Shown: piece after piece, positions 13,110-25,550 of the stretch
Position numbering within the stretch: the stretch's first letter is position 1
Layout of the letters: each line of letters begins with the position of its first letter
NCBI GenBank assembly: GCA_964016885.1
Contig: OZ024749.1
Coordinates: 41,788,001-41,852,000 of the forward strand
Origin: Eledone cirrhosa
Lineage: Eukaryota
DNA length: 64,000 bases
Reading direction: 5' to 3'
Translations under genes and position numbers: made by a program
Notes under the pieces: generated by a model
Told to the model about the DNA's origin: nothing
Databases searched by the model: none
What the model saw: only the letters and a program-made list of their open reading frames with translations

Positions 13110-13505
13110 TTTATGACGTTAATATCTTCTATAATTAGACGAAAGTGCGTAGAAATTCATTGCGCAGGTCGAGTGAACCATCCACTACGCATGCGCAATG
13201 GCGTCATAATGAACATTAAAGCTAGCAATTTTGTTTTCATAACTTCGTTTAGTGGAAAATATATTTATTAACTGTTAATACATTATTTTAATATTTAATT
13301 CTTTATGTTAAATTTCTATTCTGCGTTATTACAAATATTCCTCGACTATTTTATACTGCCAAAAACAAGTATGCAAAGCCTCTAACTATCGGTATATTTT
13401 ATATACGAAGAGGGCGGCCGTGAACTATTGTAGAACTCTGTTCTAATCCACGTGTGGCAAGACAAGAAGGCTACCAGCGGGTCCTTTATACTCAAAGTTG
13501 ATAAT
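13110..13505 (+). promoter_or_regulatory. Putative promoter and 5' UTR of eIF4A-B
   Basis: Local CpG enrichment; NRF1-like ACGCATGCGCA at about 13187; CRE-like TGACGT and CGTCA; pyrimidine run tcctttat before the ATG exon; YY1-like GCCGCCAT motifs in intron 1. Confidence 0.5.
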
Positions 13506-13510
13506 ATGGG
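13506..13510 (+). CDS. eIF4A: eIF4A-B exon 1 coding part (ATG GG)
   Basis: aatATGGG followed by GTAAGT; joins exon 2 in frame to give MGSMDDTL. Confidence 0.65.
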
Positions 13511-14646
13511 GTAAGTATGATAATTTTTACTGTATTTTTAACATTTCTCACATCTTAAGAACACCAATATTGAAATCTAACAATCTTCAATTCTTGTTGT
13601 AACTGTAACATATTAGTCGGCAGAGCTTCTCGTTAGCTCCGTCTTTTCATCCTCGACTCGGCAAGTCTTGAGTGTTTGCTCTCACTCAGGTTTTGCTATG
13701 GCCGCCATGTCACTCATACTCCGTCTCCTTCACTCTACTACAATCAGTTACTACGCCTGCTTTTAACGATTCCACATCTCGGAGAGCTTACTTAACGTTT
13801 ACACACATATATACGACTCCATCAGTTGCTGGCCAATGTACTTAACTTATTTCAGAATATTGGGAAGAAAATAGAATAAATCAAGGTATCATTTTAGTAT
13901 TTTTTTTTCATTTGTTAGCTTTGCGTACGAAAATAAAATGTTACATGAAAAGTATGGTGCTTTTTTTTTTTTTTTTTCCATTTTTTTTCTTTCTTCTCCT
14001 AATCGTCGATTTTTTTTTTTTTTTTTTCCATTTTTTTCACCATGAAAAAATATTTGTTGATTCATTAGAGAAGAGAGTAAAATAATTTCTACACAATTCT
14101 ATTTTATATATGAAATGTGTGTAGTTTTCTCTTGTGATGGAAGGTGTCTCTGTCTCTGAACAACAAGAAATTAAAACAGCATATGTAATGCCAGCTTGCA
14201 CGGCTCTTCTTCATCTCTCTCATATGGATGGCCGACCGGTTTTTTCTCTTTTTCCATAAAGAACAGCCATATATATATATATATATATTAGTGATGTTAC
14301 TCTGTTACCGAGTTCGCGCATTGCCTTTATATATAAAAACTTTGTAGCTTTCACTCGTTTCTCATCTTAGCATGCGATCGGCCTTTATGTATATATATAT
14401 TACATGCATTTTATCTATCTTTGTTTAATGACTAAATTTTCACCGCTTAAGTTATTGTGTAATGTACATGTCGGTGTCTTTATTTTATGTAGTACGATCG
14501 TTTTATGTGTATAAGCTCGCATAAGATGTTCCTAATTGGGACTAGTACTCTGTACTTTAGGGAAATTAGATAGTATATTTAATATATATATAAACAACGG
14601 CGATATATTTATCGCTGACAAATATATATATTTAAAACACGCAGCG

Positions 14647-14678
<32 letters not shown>

Positions 14679-15708
14679 ATAATAGTTATTTATGCGTGTG
14701 TTGTGTATATATATAAATGTATACAATGAAAAAAAATTAAGTTACTAACTAGTTATCCAATGTCTGGTATATTCTGTGGTTACAGATGGCGGATTGTCTT
14801 CGACAGAGAGTGCCGCCATCGCCATAGTGAGAGAAAAAGGGGGGTGAGATGGAGTAGAGGGAGGAGGAGGGGGGTGACATCTCTTCCTAACATGGCAGGA
14901 GGAAGAATTGTGGGCGAAGATATTTGAACAATGTTATTTCATGTATTATTTCGGAGGGCGAGATTGAAAAACGATTTCTTTACACACACATACACATATA
15001 TATATATATATAAAAGAAAGAAATGTACATACTAATAGCTAGTATTATAATAGTCAACATGTTGTCTAGAAACGAGCCACCTAGGGAATCCCTTACTCAC
15101 TAGCTTTCTTTCTAACTATACGACTAACACTGCTGAATTCCTGGTCTTCCTGCTGTTGAAATGTCGCCGGAATTTTTTTGTATCTTTTACTTTACTGTCT
15201 TACTCGATTCCTCTTCTCCGTGAAGGCAAGTAGCTAGCGGTAGACCCGAGGAAAATAGATTCTCGTTATCTACTGTAAGTGTATAGAAAAGCCGACAGAT
15301 CCGCTACGAACAGTTTCTAGCAATATGTGGATGATTTAAACAACCCCTCCTTTAAAAAAATAAATAAAAACAAAAACAAACAAACTAAGAACCAGCTTAG
15401 GTAGTAGTTGGTTGATCTGGTGATAATAATAGACAACGGTGTTTTAAATAAAACTTATTCAAAGCTTCATACAACTATCTCCTCGCTCCTATAACATTTT
15501 CGATTTTTGCACTAATTATAAAAGCATGTGAGTAGATGGTGACTTTTTCATTCCCACATCTTAGGAGTAAATTAATTTACTGATTGATAACGGGAGCCTT
15601 TATAATATATATATATATATATATTTATTATTTTATTTGTTTCCTATTTTAACGGCGTAAAAATAAGAATTAAAAAAAAAACTTTTATTGAATGCTTTCG
15701 TTTGAAAC

Positions 15709-15711
<3 letters not shown>

Positions 15712-15786
<75 letters not shown>
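15712..15786. repeat. (CA)n microsatellite
   Basis: Perfect CA run. Confidence 0.95.
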
Positions 15787-15787
<1 letters not shown>

Positions 15788-15866
15788 TATATACTTGTTA
15801 TATAATTGTGTGTGGTGGGCTTTAACGCCCCATAGTATTTCGATGTCCGTTTTCTATATATTTCAG

Positions 15867-15933
15867 GTCAATGGACGATACTCTACAACAACAACAACAA
15901 GATAGTCGTGGTGCGAGTTGTGATCTAATAGAG
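15867..15933 (+). CDS. eIF4A: eIF4A-B exon 2
   Basis: tttcAG and GTATGT; SMDDTLQQQQQDSRGASCDLIE; ends in phase 0 like vertebrate VIE|SNW. Confidence 0.8.
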
Positions 15934-16054
15934 GTATGTCTAATCCTTTTTAAAAAAAAATCGAAGTTTATTCAACTTTGTCTCTATATATATTTTTCTT
16001 TCTTGAAGATTCTTTGTTTTAAAAAATTCTTAAAAGAGCGTGATTTTTATTTGA

Positions 16055-16085
<31 letters not shown>

Positions 16086-19000
16086 GCCTTGTGTGTCTAT
16101 TGTTCAGTGAATATATATGCGAATATGGCGGCGAATTGACAGTCCTTAGAACATGAATTAAAATGTTTTGCGGTGTTCGCACCGGCTCTCTGTGCCTTGG
16201 GTTCGAAGCTCATCGAGGTCAACTTTACCTTTCGATCGAGGTCGATAAAAGAACCAGTCTTGTGTTACAGTCTATTTTTTTTTTTTTAGTTTTTACTCTG
16301 GAAGAAATCGGTTATTTATACAGACCCGGAGAAGGATAGGCTCTGCTAGGTCTAAATGCACAGTATCTTGTTGACCTTAACGATTCCATTAAGGAATTTG
16401 GGACCTGTGAATGTAGAATAGTATTATAGTCGACAATAAATGTAAACCTATGAAAATGTAGAATAGTAATTAGATATGGTCGACAGTAAAACAAAAAAAC
16501 TGAAATGTATCTGTATTTTCGCCAAATTACGAATAATTTGTGAGTTTTATTTAATTGGAAAAAAAATTTTTTAATTAAAATCTTAATCTTTTTTCTTTGT
16601 CAATTGCTATGTATTTTCAATATTCTATGCAAGTTTGAAGGGGGGATTGACAGCGGTTTTTGTTTTGGCTCTTTATATTCTGAGTTCAAATCTGCCGAGG
16701 TCAACTTTTCATCCTTCCATGGTCAATAAAATAAAGTACCTGTCAAGTACTATGGTTGATTTAATCAAATTTGCTGGCCTTGTTTTTCTACGTTAGAAAC
16801 AATTATTGCATGTACGTTTATTGGCATGTACACGGTTCTGATTATGATCAATGGTGTCATGTGCGTAAACACCATTAAATTTGAGATTGCCGTATGTTCA
16901 CCGGATGCTAAGCCGGCTTTTTGGTATTCACTAAACTAGATTTTTGTCAGCCATATCCGACTCTATTCTACACGTATACTACCTAGAGTATTTTCTCGAT
17001 ATTTCCATTGGCATACATTTCTTTGTTAATTTTCTTGTTAGCCATATCCGACTACATTTCTATACGTGTACCGTTCAAAGTATTATTCCTTAATATCTCT
17101 TTCGATATACACGTGTTTAAACCATAAAATCACATTTATTCTGAATTTTATTTGGGGTTTTTCGTTAACGTTTCTCTCTCCCGTTTTTGTGACTTTTTGA
17201 TGTTTAACCCCGAGTAAGCTACAATTAAAAATGTACGTACTCTCTAAACTAAATGCTGTTCTGTTATATATGAAGGCGCGTGACCTAGTGGCTAGGGTAT
17301 TGCACTCTCACGAACATAAGGTCGTGGGTTCTTGACCAAGATGGTTTATTTCACATTGCTTTTTTTATTTTATTTTTTTCACAAATCTGGGGTCCTTCGC
17401 TGGAAGCCAGGTGTGAGCTGTAATTTCTTTCATCTGAAGTTTTGTTTAAGGTTTTTGTTTAACCATAAGTCAGCCGCACTCGTGCAGACACCCAAACCAG
17501 TTTATTTCCATGACTTGCATTATCCATTCTTAGAGGACGTTTTAGCTGCTATTTCTAGCACGTGGTGCCATTGAGTCGTCTCCTTCGCTGTCTTTTGTTA
17601 TATTTATAGCGCATGTGATCTGGTGACTCATTTTCAGTCCTTCCTGAATGACACTATAGCAATATATTTGTCCCTTTTGGAGTGATTATAGCCTTCCTGT
17701 CACCACTTTCATTTTAATCATTCAGTTATGGCTGTAGTTAAGGAATCCATTTCACAACCACATGGATTTGGGTTCAGTCTCAATGCTTTGAGGTATATAT
17801 GTATAATGTAAAAGTGCAAGCATGGTTGTTTGGTTTATAACCACATGGTTTAGAGTTGGATCAAACTGTCACAATGGGCGTTTCAACGTAGTAAGTGCCA
17901 GGGTTATGATTGACTAAGTTCCGTCGAGATATGTCAATCAGTAAAAAGTGTGTATTCATACGCACCCACATGTGGTGAGAGGAGGTGGAGCAATGCCCAG
18001 GCACTAATGAGCGGCCAGGAAAATTAACAAAGGTTTGATTTGAATGCTTGCAATAGTAAATGTTTGCTGAAAGTACCACAGGAACAAGATGTTTGTATGT
18101 TAAATCATTCAGTGTTAGCCTTTGTTAATGATGTTGGTGATCGTGAAGTCTGGATAATTGTTTCTGTTCTACATTTGCCCAGTTTAGTATAGTCTTTTTG
18201 TCTCACCTCGTGTTATTAGGCAGAAATAGGCTGCACTGAACTTTGTGTATATGTATAATATATGACAGCTGCCCTGGTGCATGCACCATGATACAGTACA
18301 TGGTGCACTGTATATGCTCTAGATCAAAACTTGCTGTGGCCTACTTGGGTGTTATCTGAAATCACTCCTGCTTCCATGATACACAACTATATTTTCTGAA
18401 GAGAAATGAAATATTTCCTCTATAATTTTATCTAATTCATTAGACATCACATTATAAACAGGTCTTTCATCATCATCATCATTTTACGTCCGCTTTTCCC
18501 TGCTTGTTAACTATAAATTTTAGTCTCGTGAATTAGTTGATCCCAGAATTTTGGGTTGGTGCCAATGAAAGATTCACAATGTAAGGTAGTTGGTATTAAG
18601 AAGGGCATCCAGCTGTAGAATCCCTGTATAATATAGAACATTCAAGCAAGATCAAGTTGCTCCAACCCATCTGGTCTCTGACCATGGCAATCTGCCAGTA
18701 TAGACAAATGTGAATATAAATTTTTTATTTCAATTTCTTTGTCTAATACAAAGTGTCATCAGAAACAAATATTGGTAAAGTTTTCACTAGAGTGAATCTC
18801 ATAAATGATACAAGCACTACAGTTGAATTGCCTGAAATCCCAGGTAGTTACTCTTAATTGTTAGATGTTGAACCAGGTTTTACATTATGGATCTTGTTAG
18901 ATAAGAGGAATTTGCAGCGTGAACCACACATGTCAAAGAAAATAATTTAACTCTGGCTTAACTTCTAATGCCCTGTACCACATTGGCAAAACATTCTTGA

Positions 19001-22000
19001 AAAGTATAAAACAGCACTGACTTCTACATGAAAAAGTCCTTGCTCTAATAATGCAAATTTTCTCATTTGTTCTGTCAACTAGTAAAGATGCTATGAACAT
19101 TTGAAGTAACTATGTAAAATCACACTGGCAAGACTTTCTTAAAATGTAACAAGCCGAACTGTGACTACTGCACATTTTCGCAATTTGTCCACTAGTACAG
19201 ATACTATATTTGAATTAATAAACCTATCAAGAGTGATTGTTTGCAATTAAGATATAAGCACAGCAATTTGAGTACTTCACTGGCAGTCAATCTCAGCATA
19301 AATCCCTTATGATTCTGCCAATCCTATGATACCATGCAACCTGCAAAGGGGCTAGCATTTGAACAGAAACAATGTAGGATTGAAGAGTCTTTAGTAGTTC
19401 CTGCTGAGGACATAATTGCCCAGCTAGTGTTGCAATAAATATGTGTATTGCATTCAGTGAAGTAGTTGTGAGAAATATGCCGAAAAATGGAACGGGAATG
19501 AGGTGTGGTCCTTTGACTTGCTTAGGAAGACATTAGCTTTGAATAAGTACACATGGTGACCTGTCCAACCCATATCAGCATAGAAAGAGGACATAAAATG
19601 GGTGGTTTGCTTTTAGGGTTCTGAGTTTAAATCCTGTTAAAATCAACTTTGCTTCCCAAGGTGGATAAAATAAAGTATCCAGATAAATAAAGTTATATTA
19701 CTAAATCATTGATTATTTAAATTAATAGAATATATAATACACTGAAGTAAAAGAATGAATGGAATCAGTTGGACTTTGTTTCAATGTTGTGTTGGTGGGT
19801 ATAGACATATATATATTCAGTAGTATATAGCATTGAAACAAAACACTGTTGAGGTATATGTAATTTAATTGAACTTAGCTGCCAACAATGGATTATATTT
19901 CATCATAATTTTATGTCCACTTTCCATGGACTGAGACTAGTTGCGTCAGAAAGAGCTCATATTGCTCATATGTTCCATATTTGGCTGGGTGCCCTTCATA
20001 ATGCTGACCACCTTGCAGTGTACTATGTACGTTTTCTCGTGTCACCATCACTTCCATGTTGCAGAATATATTTGTAGACAGGCATGTGTGTGTAATGTGA
20101 AAATCCCATAGTCAGAATTTATAAGCAGTGTCTCCCTAAACAAAGAACTCTCTCTCCCTCTAATGTATGCACACTATTTAGTAAAATATCCATAGTAACG
20201 GGAAAAGGGAAAACTGCTCATCATGTATGAGAGCTGATATACAGAACAAAAGCACTACCTAAGGTTTCATGGCCTACTATATTTCCATATTATAAGAGGG
20301 ATCAAATTTGCGACCTAGTCTTCAGGGGCTTAGATGAGTTTGAAGATACTGTTAAAGTGTGTGTGAAATATTTGAATTAATGAAGATTTTGAAGCGATTT
20401 GCTAAAATTTTATGAATGATAATGTTTAAAAGGGTTTGGTATCGAGGTATGTTGAAGGGATTAAATCTAAATAGGAACATTTTAAAATGAGTTTCTATTC
20501 ATAGAACCAGAGACTGTTTTAGGTGGTTTGGTATCAAATGGCTTAATGCATCAGTTATATATATATAATATAAAATGTTGTTTTTTTTTAATCTTCTACT
20601 CACCCAAATTTACCATACCCTCTGTTGGATATTTGTGTACAATGTAATTAAATAGTTAATCACTTGGGGTGTGAAGTAAATGCCAGTTGGTACCAATTAT
20701 TAATAACAGCTAAATTATTCAGGGAATGAAAAATGCTTTCTTGTGTGCATGGCTCCGACAAAAACTGCAGTCAGAAAGGTTAGCCACAGAAAATTGTTTG
20801 AATTATGTGTATTTATGTGTGTGTGTGGGGGGGGGGGGGGGTAGAGAAGTTCACTTTGCAACCACCTAGTCTGGGGTTTAACCTAACTGCATGGTTACAC
20901 CTCATGACTTAACAAATAGTAATTGATGAAATACACAGGTAAATATGATTAACTAAAAGACTTCAAGGTTTACACAGGCTCAGTCAAATGATTAAAAACC
21001 AGTAAACGATCAAAAGAATATATTTTTTACTGTTTTGAAGGGAGGGTAGGGTACTGCCTGTGACTCTAGAGCCCTGAAGGCCTTAAAATGCTTCTAATTT
21101 CAATGGTTTTCCTACACTTGCATGATATAAGATCCTTTTTAAGTATAGTATATGCTGAAGGCACAGTTAAACTGCTACTTTGCTGAGCACATGCGATGGA
21201 GGTGCAGGCTGATAACTGGAATTCACACATGTATGATTGGTTTCAGATATAGTCTATGCCTACAAAGTTCATTCACAATGTATTGGTTAGGCTGAGGCTA
21301 TAATTAAAGAAACTTGATCAAGCTGCCACAGGAGTACCTAAGACCATATAGTTACAAAGTACAGCCATACCCACATTTATCAAAATATATATCAAGAAAG
21401 TTATCAATTTGAGGATATTTTGTCTAATTAAATTCAATTTAACACTTAAGGGTGTCATTTGTTGCATAAACAAAGATTCAAAATGTTTTACTGCCACCCA
21501 TTCAGTTAAAGGTTACACCTGTGTGGTTAAAACATTTACACCACAATGTGGTTTGGGTTCAATTTTACTGCATGGAAAAAGTCTTCAATGCAAGAAAAAG
21601 TCTTCAATATTTGGTAGGAAGAACCTGCACATATTAAAAATAAGTTTTTAGACAAATATTAGCATTTTATGTCTGCTTTTGAAAGCATTCATGACATGTC
21701 TGTTTTCAGGATACTCTCTTAATAAACAGTTGGTTGTTTATTAGTTTTTAATCATTGGATTGAACCTAAAAGGTTTTTTAGTCAATCGTATCTGCATTTT
21801 CCCAATTTCTATTTGTTGACTCACTGAGTAACAAAATGTGACCATGCAGTGGGACTGAAACCTAGACTACCTGTATATATACACCTCAACTAATTACTAT
21901 TGCTAACGTTTGTGACTGCCATTTTTGTTGGAACTATACACACATTGGGAAAGAAGTTTTCATTCCATGAATGACTCAGCTGTTATTTATAGCTGGGGTT

Positions 22001-22090
22001 CTCTTCCTGGTGCCGACCCTACTCCTGCAGATGGTGATAATGTATCTTGAATTTTATTAATTGTAATAATTTTTGCATAATATTTTGTAG

Positions 22091-22223
22091 AGCAATTGGG
22101 ATGAAGTCGTTGAAACTTTTGATGATATGAATTTAAGAGAAGCTCTACTTCGTGGTATCTATGCTTATGGTTTTGAAAAGCCTTCTCTCATTCAACAAAG
22201 AGCTATTGTTCCTTGTATTAGAG
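22091..22223 (+). CDS. eIF4A: eIF4A-B exon 3 (Q motif)
   Basis: [39 protein letters not shown]; 133 nt; AG/GT. Confidence 0.96.
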
Positions 22224-22897
22224 GTAAGTTCCGGTTTGTAATAATACTGTTTAGTAGTTCTATTAAAATAAGAATTTTTAATCCTACATTTATTCTTTAT
22301 CCTATTTATGGTTCATGTATATTTATTTTGTATGAAAAGAGGATATTTTAAAAAAGATTCATGCACTTGTGCTTGTCTATTTTAGTATGATCCTTTTGAT
22401 ACCAAACTTCCCCTGATTCTATGATACAAAATCGTTTTAAAGTATTTATATATAATAACCAACCAACATAATCTAGGTACCTTTGAACAAATAATAACAA
22501 AGTTAATATTGCTTAATCTATCCAAATTTTTATCATTAATCATTTTCAAAGTTTGAAAATTATAGACAATGTATTTTATTAAGTTTGGTGGCAAGTGGTT
22601 TCAATGTTTTAACTCTTTCCTGACGTCTCCCACTGCCACCACTGATTATCTCCCTGAAAAACATTGATATTTTAACACTAGTTCTCGAAGCCATGTAGTG
22701 AAAATCAATGTATAAAAATTGGTCTTCGTTTATAAATAATAAAGATAAAAACATGAAATTTTCAATGAAGTTTCAAAACTAAAGGATGTTGCAAAAAAGT
22801 TCATTATATTTACATTCCATTCCATTTCATTAAATAAACAATCTAGTATCATAAGATAGGGGGGGAGGGAAACATTTTCTTTATATATATATATATA

Positions 22898-23232
22898 TCA
22901 TCATTTTACGTCTGCTTTTCCCTGCTTGCAAGGGTGAGACTGGAACTGATTCTGGCTTGATTTCTACAGCTAAATGCCCTTCCTAACACCAACCTCATTT
23001 ACTGTGAGTGCTGGGTGCTTTTTTTTCCGTGGCACATATACGCCCACTTTAGTGTGGGCTGGGTGCTTTTTTGGCATGGCACCTCCACGACCACTTTGCA
23101 GTGGAATGATAGGGACTCCAGTCCTATCATCTCATTTCTACAGCTGAGTAAACTGGAGCAACGTGAAATAGGATTGAACTCACAACCTTTCGATTGCAAG
23201 CCCAATGCGCTAACCACTAAGCCATGTGCCTC
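22898..23232 (-). mobile_element. Full-length tRNA-headed SINE with Meta-like core and RTE-derived tail
   Basis: Minus head ggcacatggcttagtggttagcgcattgggcttgcaatcgaaaggttgtgagttcaatcc (A and B boxes); tail cacccttgcaagcagggaaaagcagacgtaaaatgatga nearly identical to the RTE end at 44844-44885. Confidence 0.85.
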
Positions 23233-23256
23233 TATATATATATATACATATATACA

Positions 23257-23308
<52 letters not shown>

Positions 23309-24109
23309 GCATACATACCAGGAAAGTTTGTTTATATCAATACAGCTTGGATCAACTGATGTAGATGTTCAGTTTGCACTGTTCACATCCTGTTTTTGGT
23401 TCCCTTCTAATGTTTTTTCACTGATTTGATATCAAAAGGGTGAAAAAACATTTTTGCTATGTCTGATTTATCAGCTTGTTCAGATTTCACAGTAATTGAA
23501 TTTCATTGACTCCAATATAATATAAATTGATGGGATTTAAAAAAAAGTTTTAGTATATTCCTTTTGGCAAATTTTCTTTAGAAAGTTTTGTATATATAAC
23601 AATTTAGCCAGTTTGATACCAACAGCCCTGAAACACCATAGTTATGATGAACATTTAAACCATCCATTGTGATTTTTTGTTAGAAATTTTGTTTCAAACG
23701 CTGAACTTGTTGCATGTTGTTTACTAAATCCCTCTAAATTTTTTATAATTTAAAAAATTATTTGAAAGGTGTTTTTCATTATAAACATGGTTGTGTGGAT
23801 TCTTATATTTATAAGCAAGAAGAATATTCAACTATACATCTAGATTTATGATAATCAATTTAAACTACCAATATTATTAATCCTCTTAAAAAAGGATTAA
23901 GCCTTAAGTGTGTGTTATTAGCTTAAACTTTAATATAAGCTCTGTTGATCAACTAATGTATACATTTGATCTTAAACCATAGTTTTTTTGTTTTTTTTTC
24001 TAAATTTGATTTGAAATATAGTTATACACCCTTTCTAACGAAATTCATTACCTATGATTTTCAAGTCATTTTGAAAATCTCATTAAGTTAGTGTTTGGAG
24101 CCAGCTTAA

Positions 24110-25102
24110 CCCTTTAGTGTTCAAATCGCCCGAAATTATTTCCCCTTCATTTGTTGAAATCGCCCGATAACACCCACACTAAAAAAATCGTTCTAAAAAT
24201 AAACAAACCATCATCGAAATCTCATCAAAATCTCATCAATTCGAGATTAGGCTCTTGCCGCGAAAATTAACACTTAATATAGTGAAACAACTTAAAGCAA
24301 CAAGTGTTTTTTTTTTTTTTTTTTGTATCAACATGGCTTATGAAAGTAGCGATACCGACTTTGAAGGTTTTACACACGACGACATTCAGTATAAACAAGA
24401 AACGAACGATAATATTAGTGATTTATCTTCAAATGAATCTGATGTTTATATTTCTGAAATTTCGTCCGATGATTGTTTTGAAAGTAAAAACGGAGATCTC
24501 TAGGACGCCATTGAAAATATTAAATATTACAGCAACGTGGGTGAAAAATACCTCACTAATATATGTTCCCGATTTTATTCAAAATACTGGTCCACAACAC
24601 ACATTAGCTCCCGATGCTAAAGCACTGGATTATTTCTTTTTGTTTTTACCACAAACTTTCTTCAAAGTTGTGGCAGAAGAGATTAATCGATATGCCCAAC
24701 AACAGATTTCAAAACGAGGAAAACCCAATCTGTTTGGCAACTGACGGATGCTGCAGAAATGCAAGCATTTTTTACCGTAACCATTATGTTCGGTATAAAA
24801 CAATTTCCAAGACTGTGGAATTACTGGAACACTGATATAAGGTTTAGTGATCCTTATATATCCGAAAACAACGTATTTAAAATTAAACCAGTATTTGCAC
24901 CTGGTTGATACTTCAAATGCCCATAAAAGTCAAATTTGACCCCCAAAAATCAGGTAAAATTATATAATTGTAAATTATTGATATTTAAACATCTGACAAA
25001 ATTACAAACAAATAAAATTGATAACCCTCTTGAGTATGATTAACTCAAAATAATGCGAACAGATAAACATGACATTTGAAAATTAATGTGAATGCTAAAG
25101 GG
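24110..25102 (+). mobile_element. Internally deleted piggyBac transposon with transposase pseudogene fragment
   Basis: TTAA flanks (24106-9, 25103-6); TIR CCCTTTAGTGTTCA / TGAATGCTAAAGGG; frameshifted transposase N-terminus: acidic MAYESSDTDFEGF, TGPQ..ALDYFFLFLP..VAEEINRYAQ, WQLTDAAEMQAFF..MFGIKQFPRLWNYW. Confidence 0.88.
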
Positions 25103-25410
25103 TTAAAGGCCTTTACATAAAATTCATAAAACCTTTGTCTTATATGTACCTCTAATGGAGTGTTATATTTTTCTAAAAACATTTCTAGCATAATTTTATC
25201 TAAGAACCATTATGTTCCCAATGCCAACTTAATAATGTTAGGTTAGTTATATTATTAAATCACTACAAATTTTTTATTTTCGAAATTAATTGAAAATGAC
25301 TTTTTTTTTTTTGTAGGAATATGATAATGAAAGGGTTACATTTTCTGATTAGTTGACAAATGATCTAGGTGCTCAGTTTTACAATGTATGATTGCTTTTC
25401 TTTACTTCAG

Positions 25411-25550
25411 GTCTAGATGTGATTGCACAGGCTCAATCAGGTACTGGCAAAACAGCAACCTTTTCTATTGCACTTTTGCAGAAGCTTGATATTGGTATGA
25501 AAGAATGTCAAGCACTTGTGCTAGCCCCAACAAGAGAATTGGCTCAGCAG
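25411..25550 (+). CDS. eIF4A: eIF4A-B exon 4 (motifs I and Ia)
   Basis: [13 protein letters not shown]...[10 protein letters not shown]; 140 nt; AG/GT. Confidence 0.97.

Noticed and set aside
23170-23232. tRNA gene on the minus strand
   Set aside because: A and B boxes are present but there is no proper acceptor stem and it continues into a SINE body.
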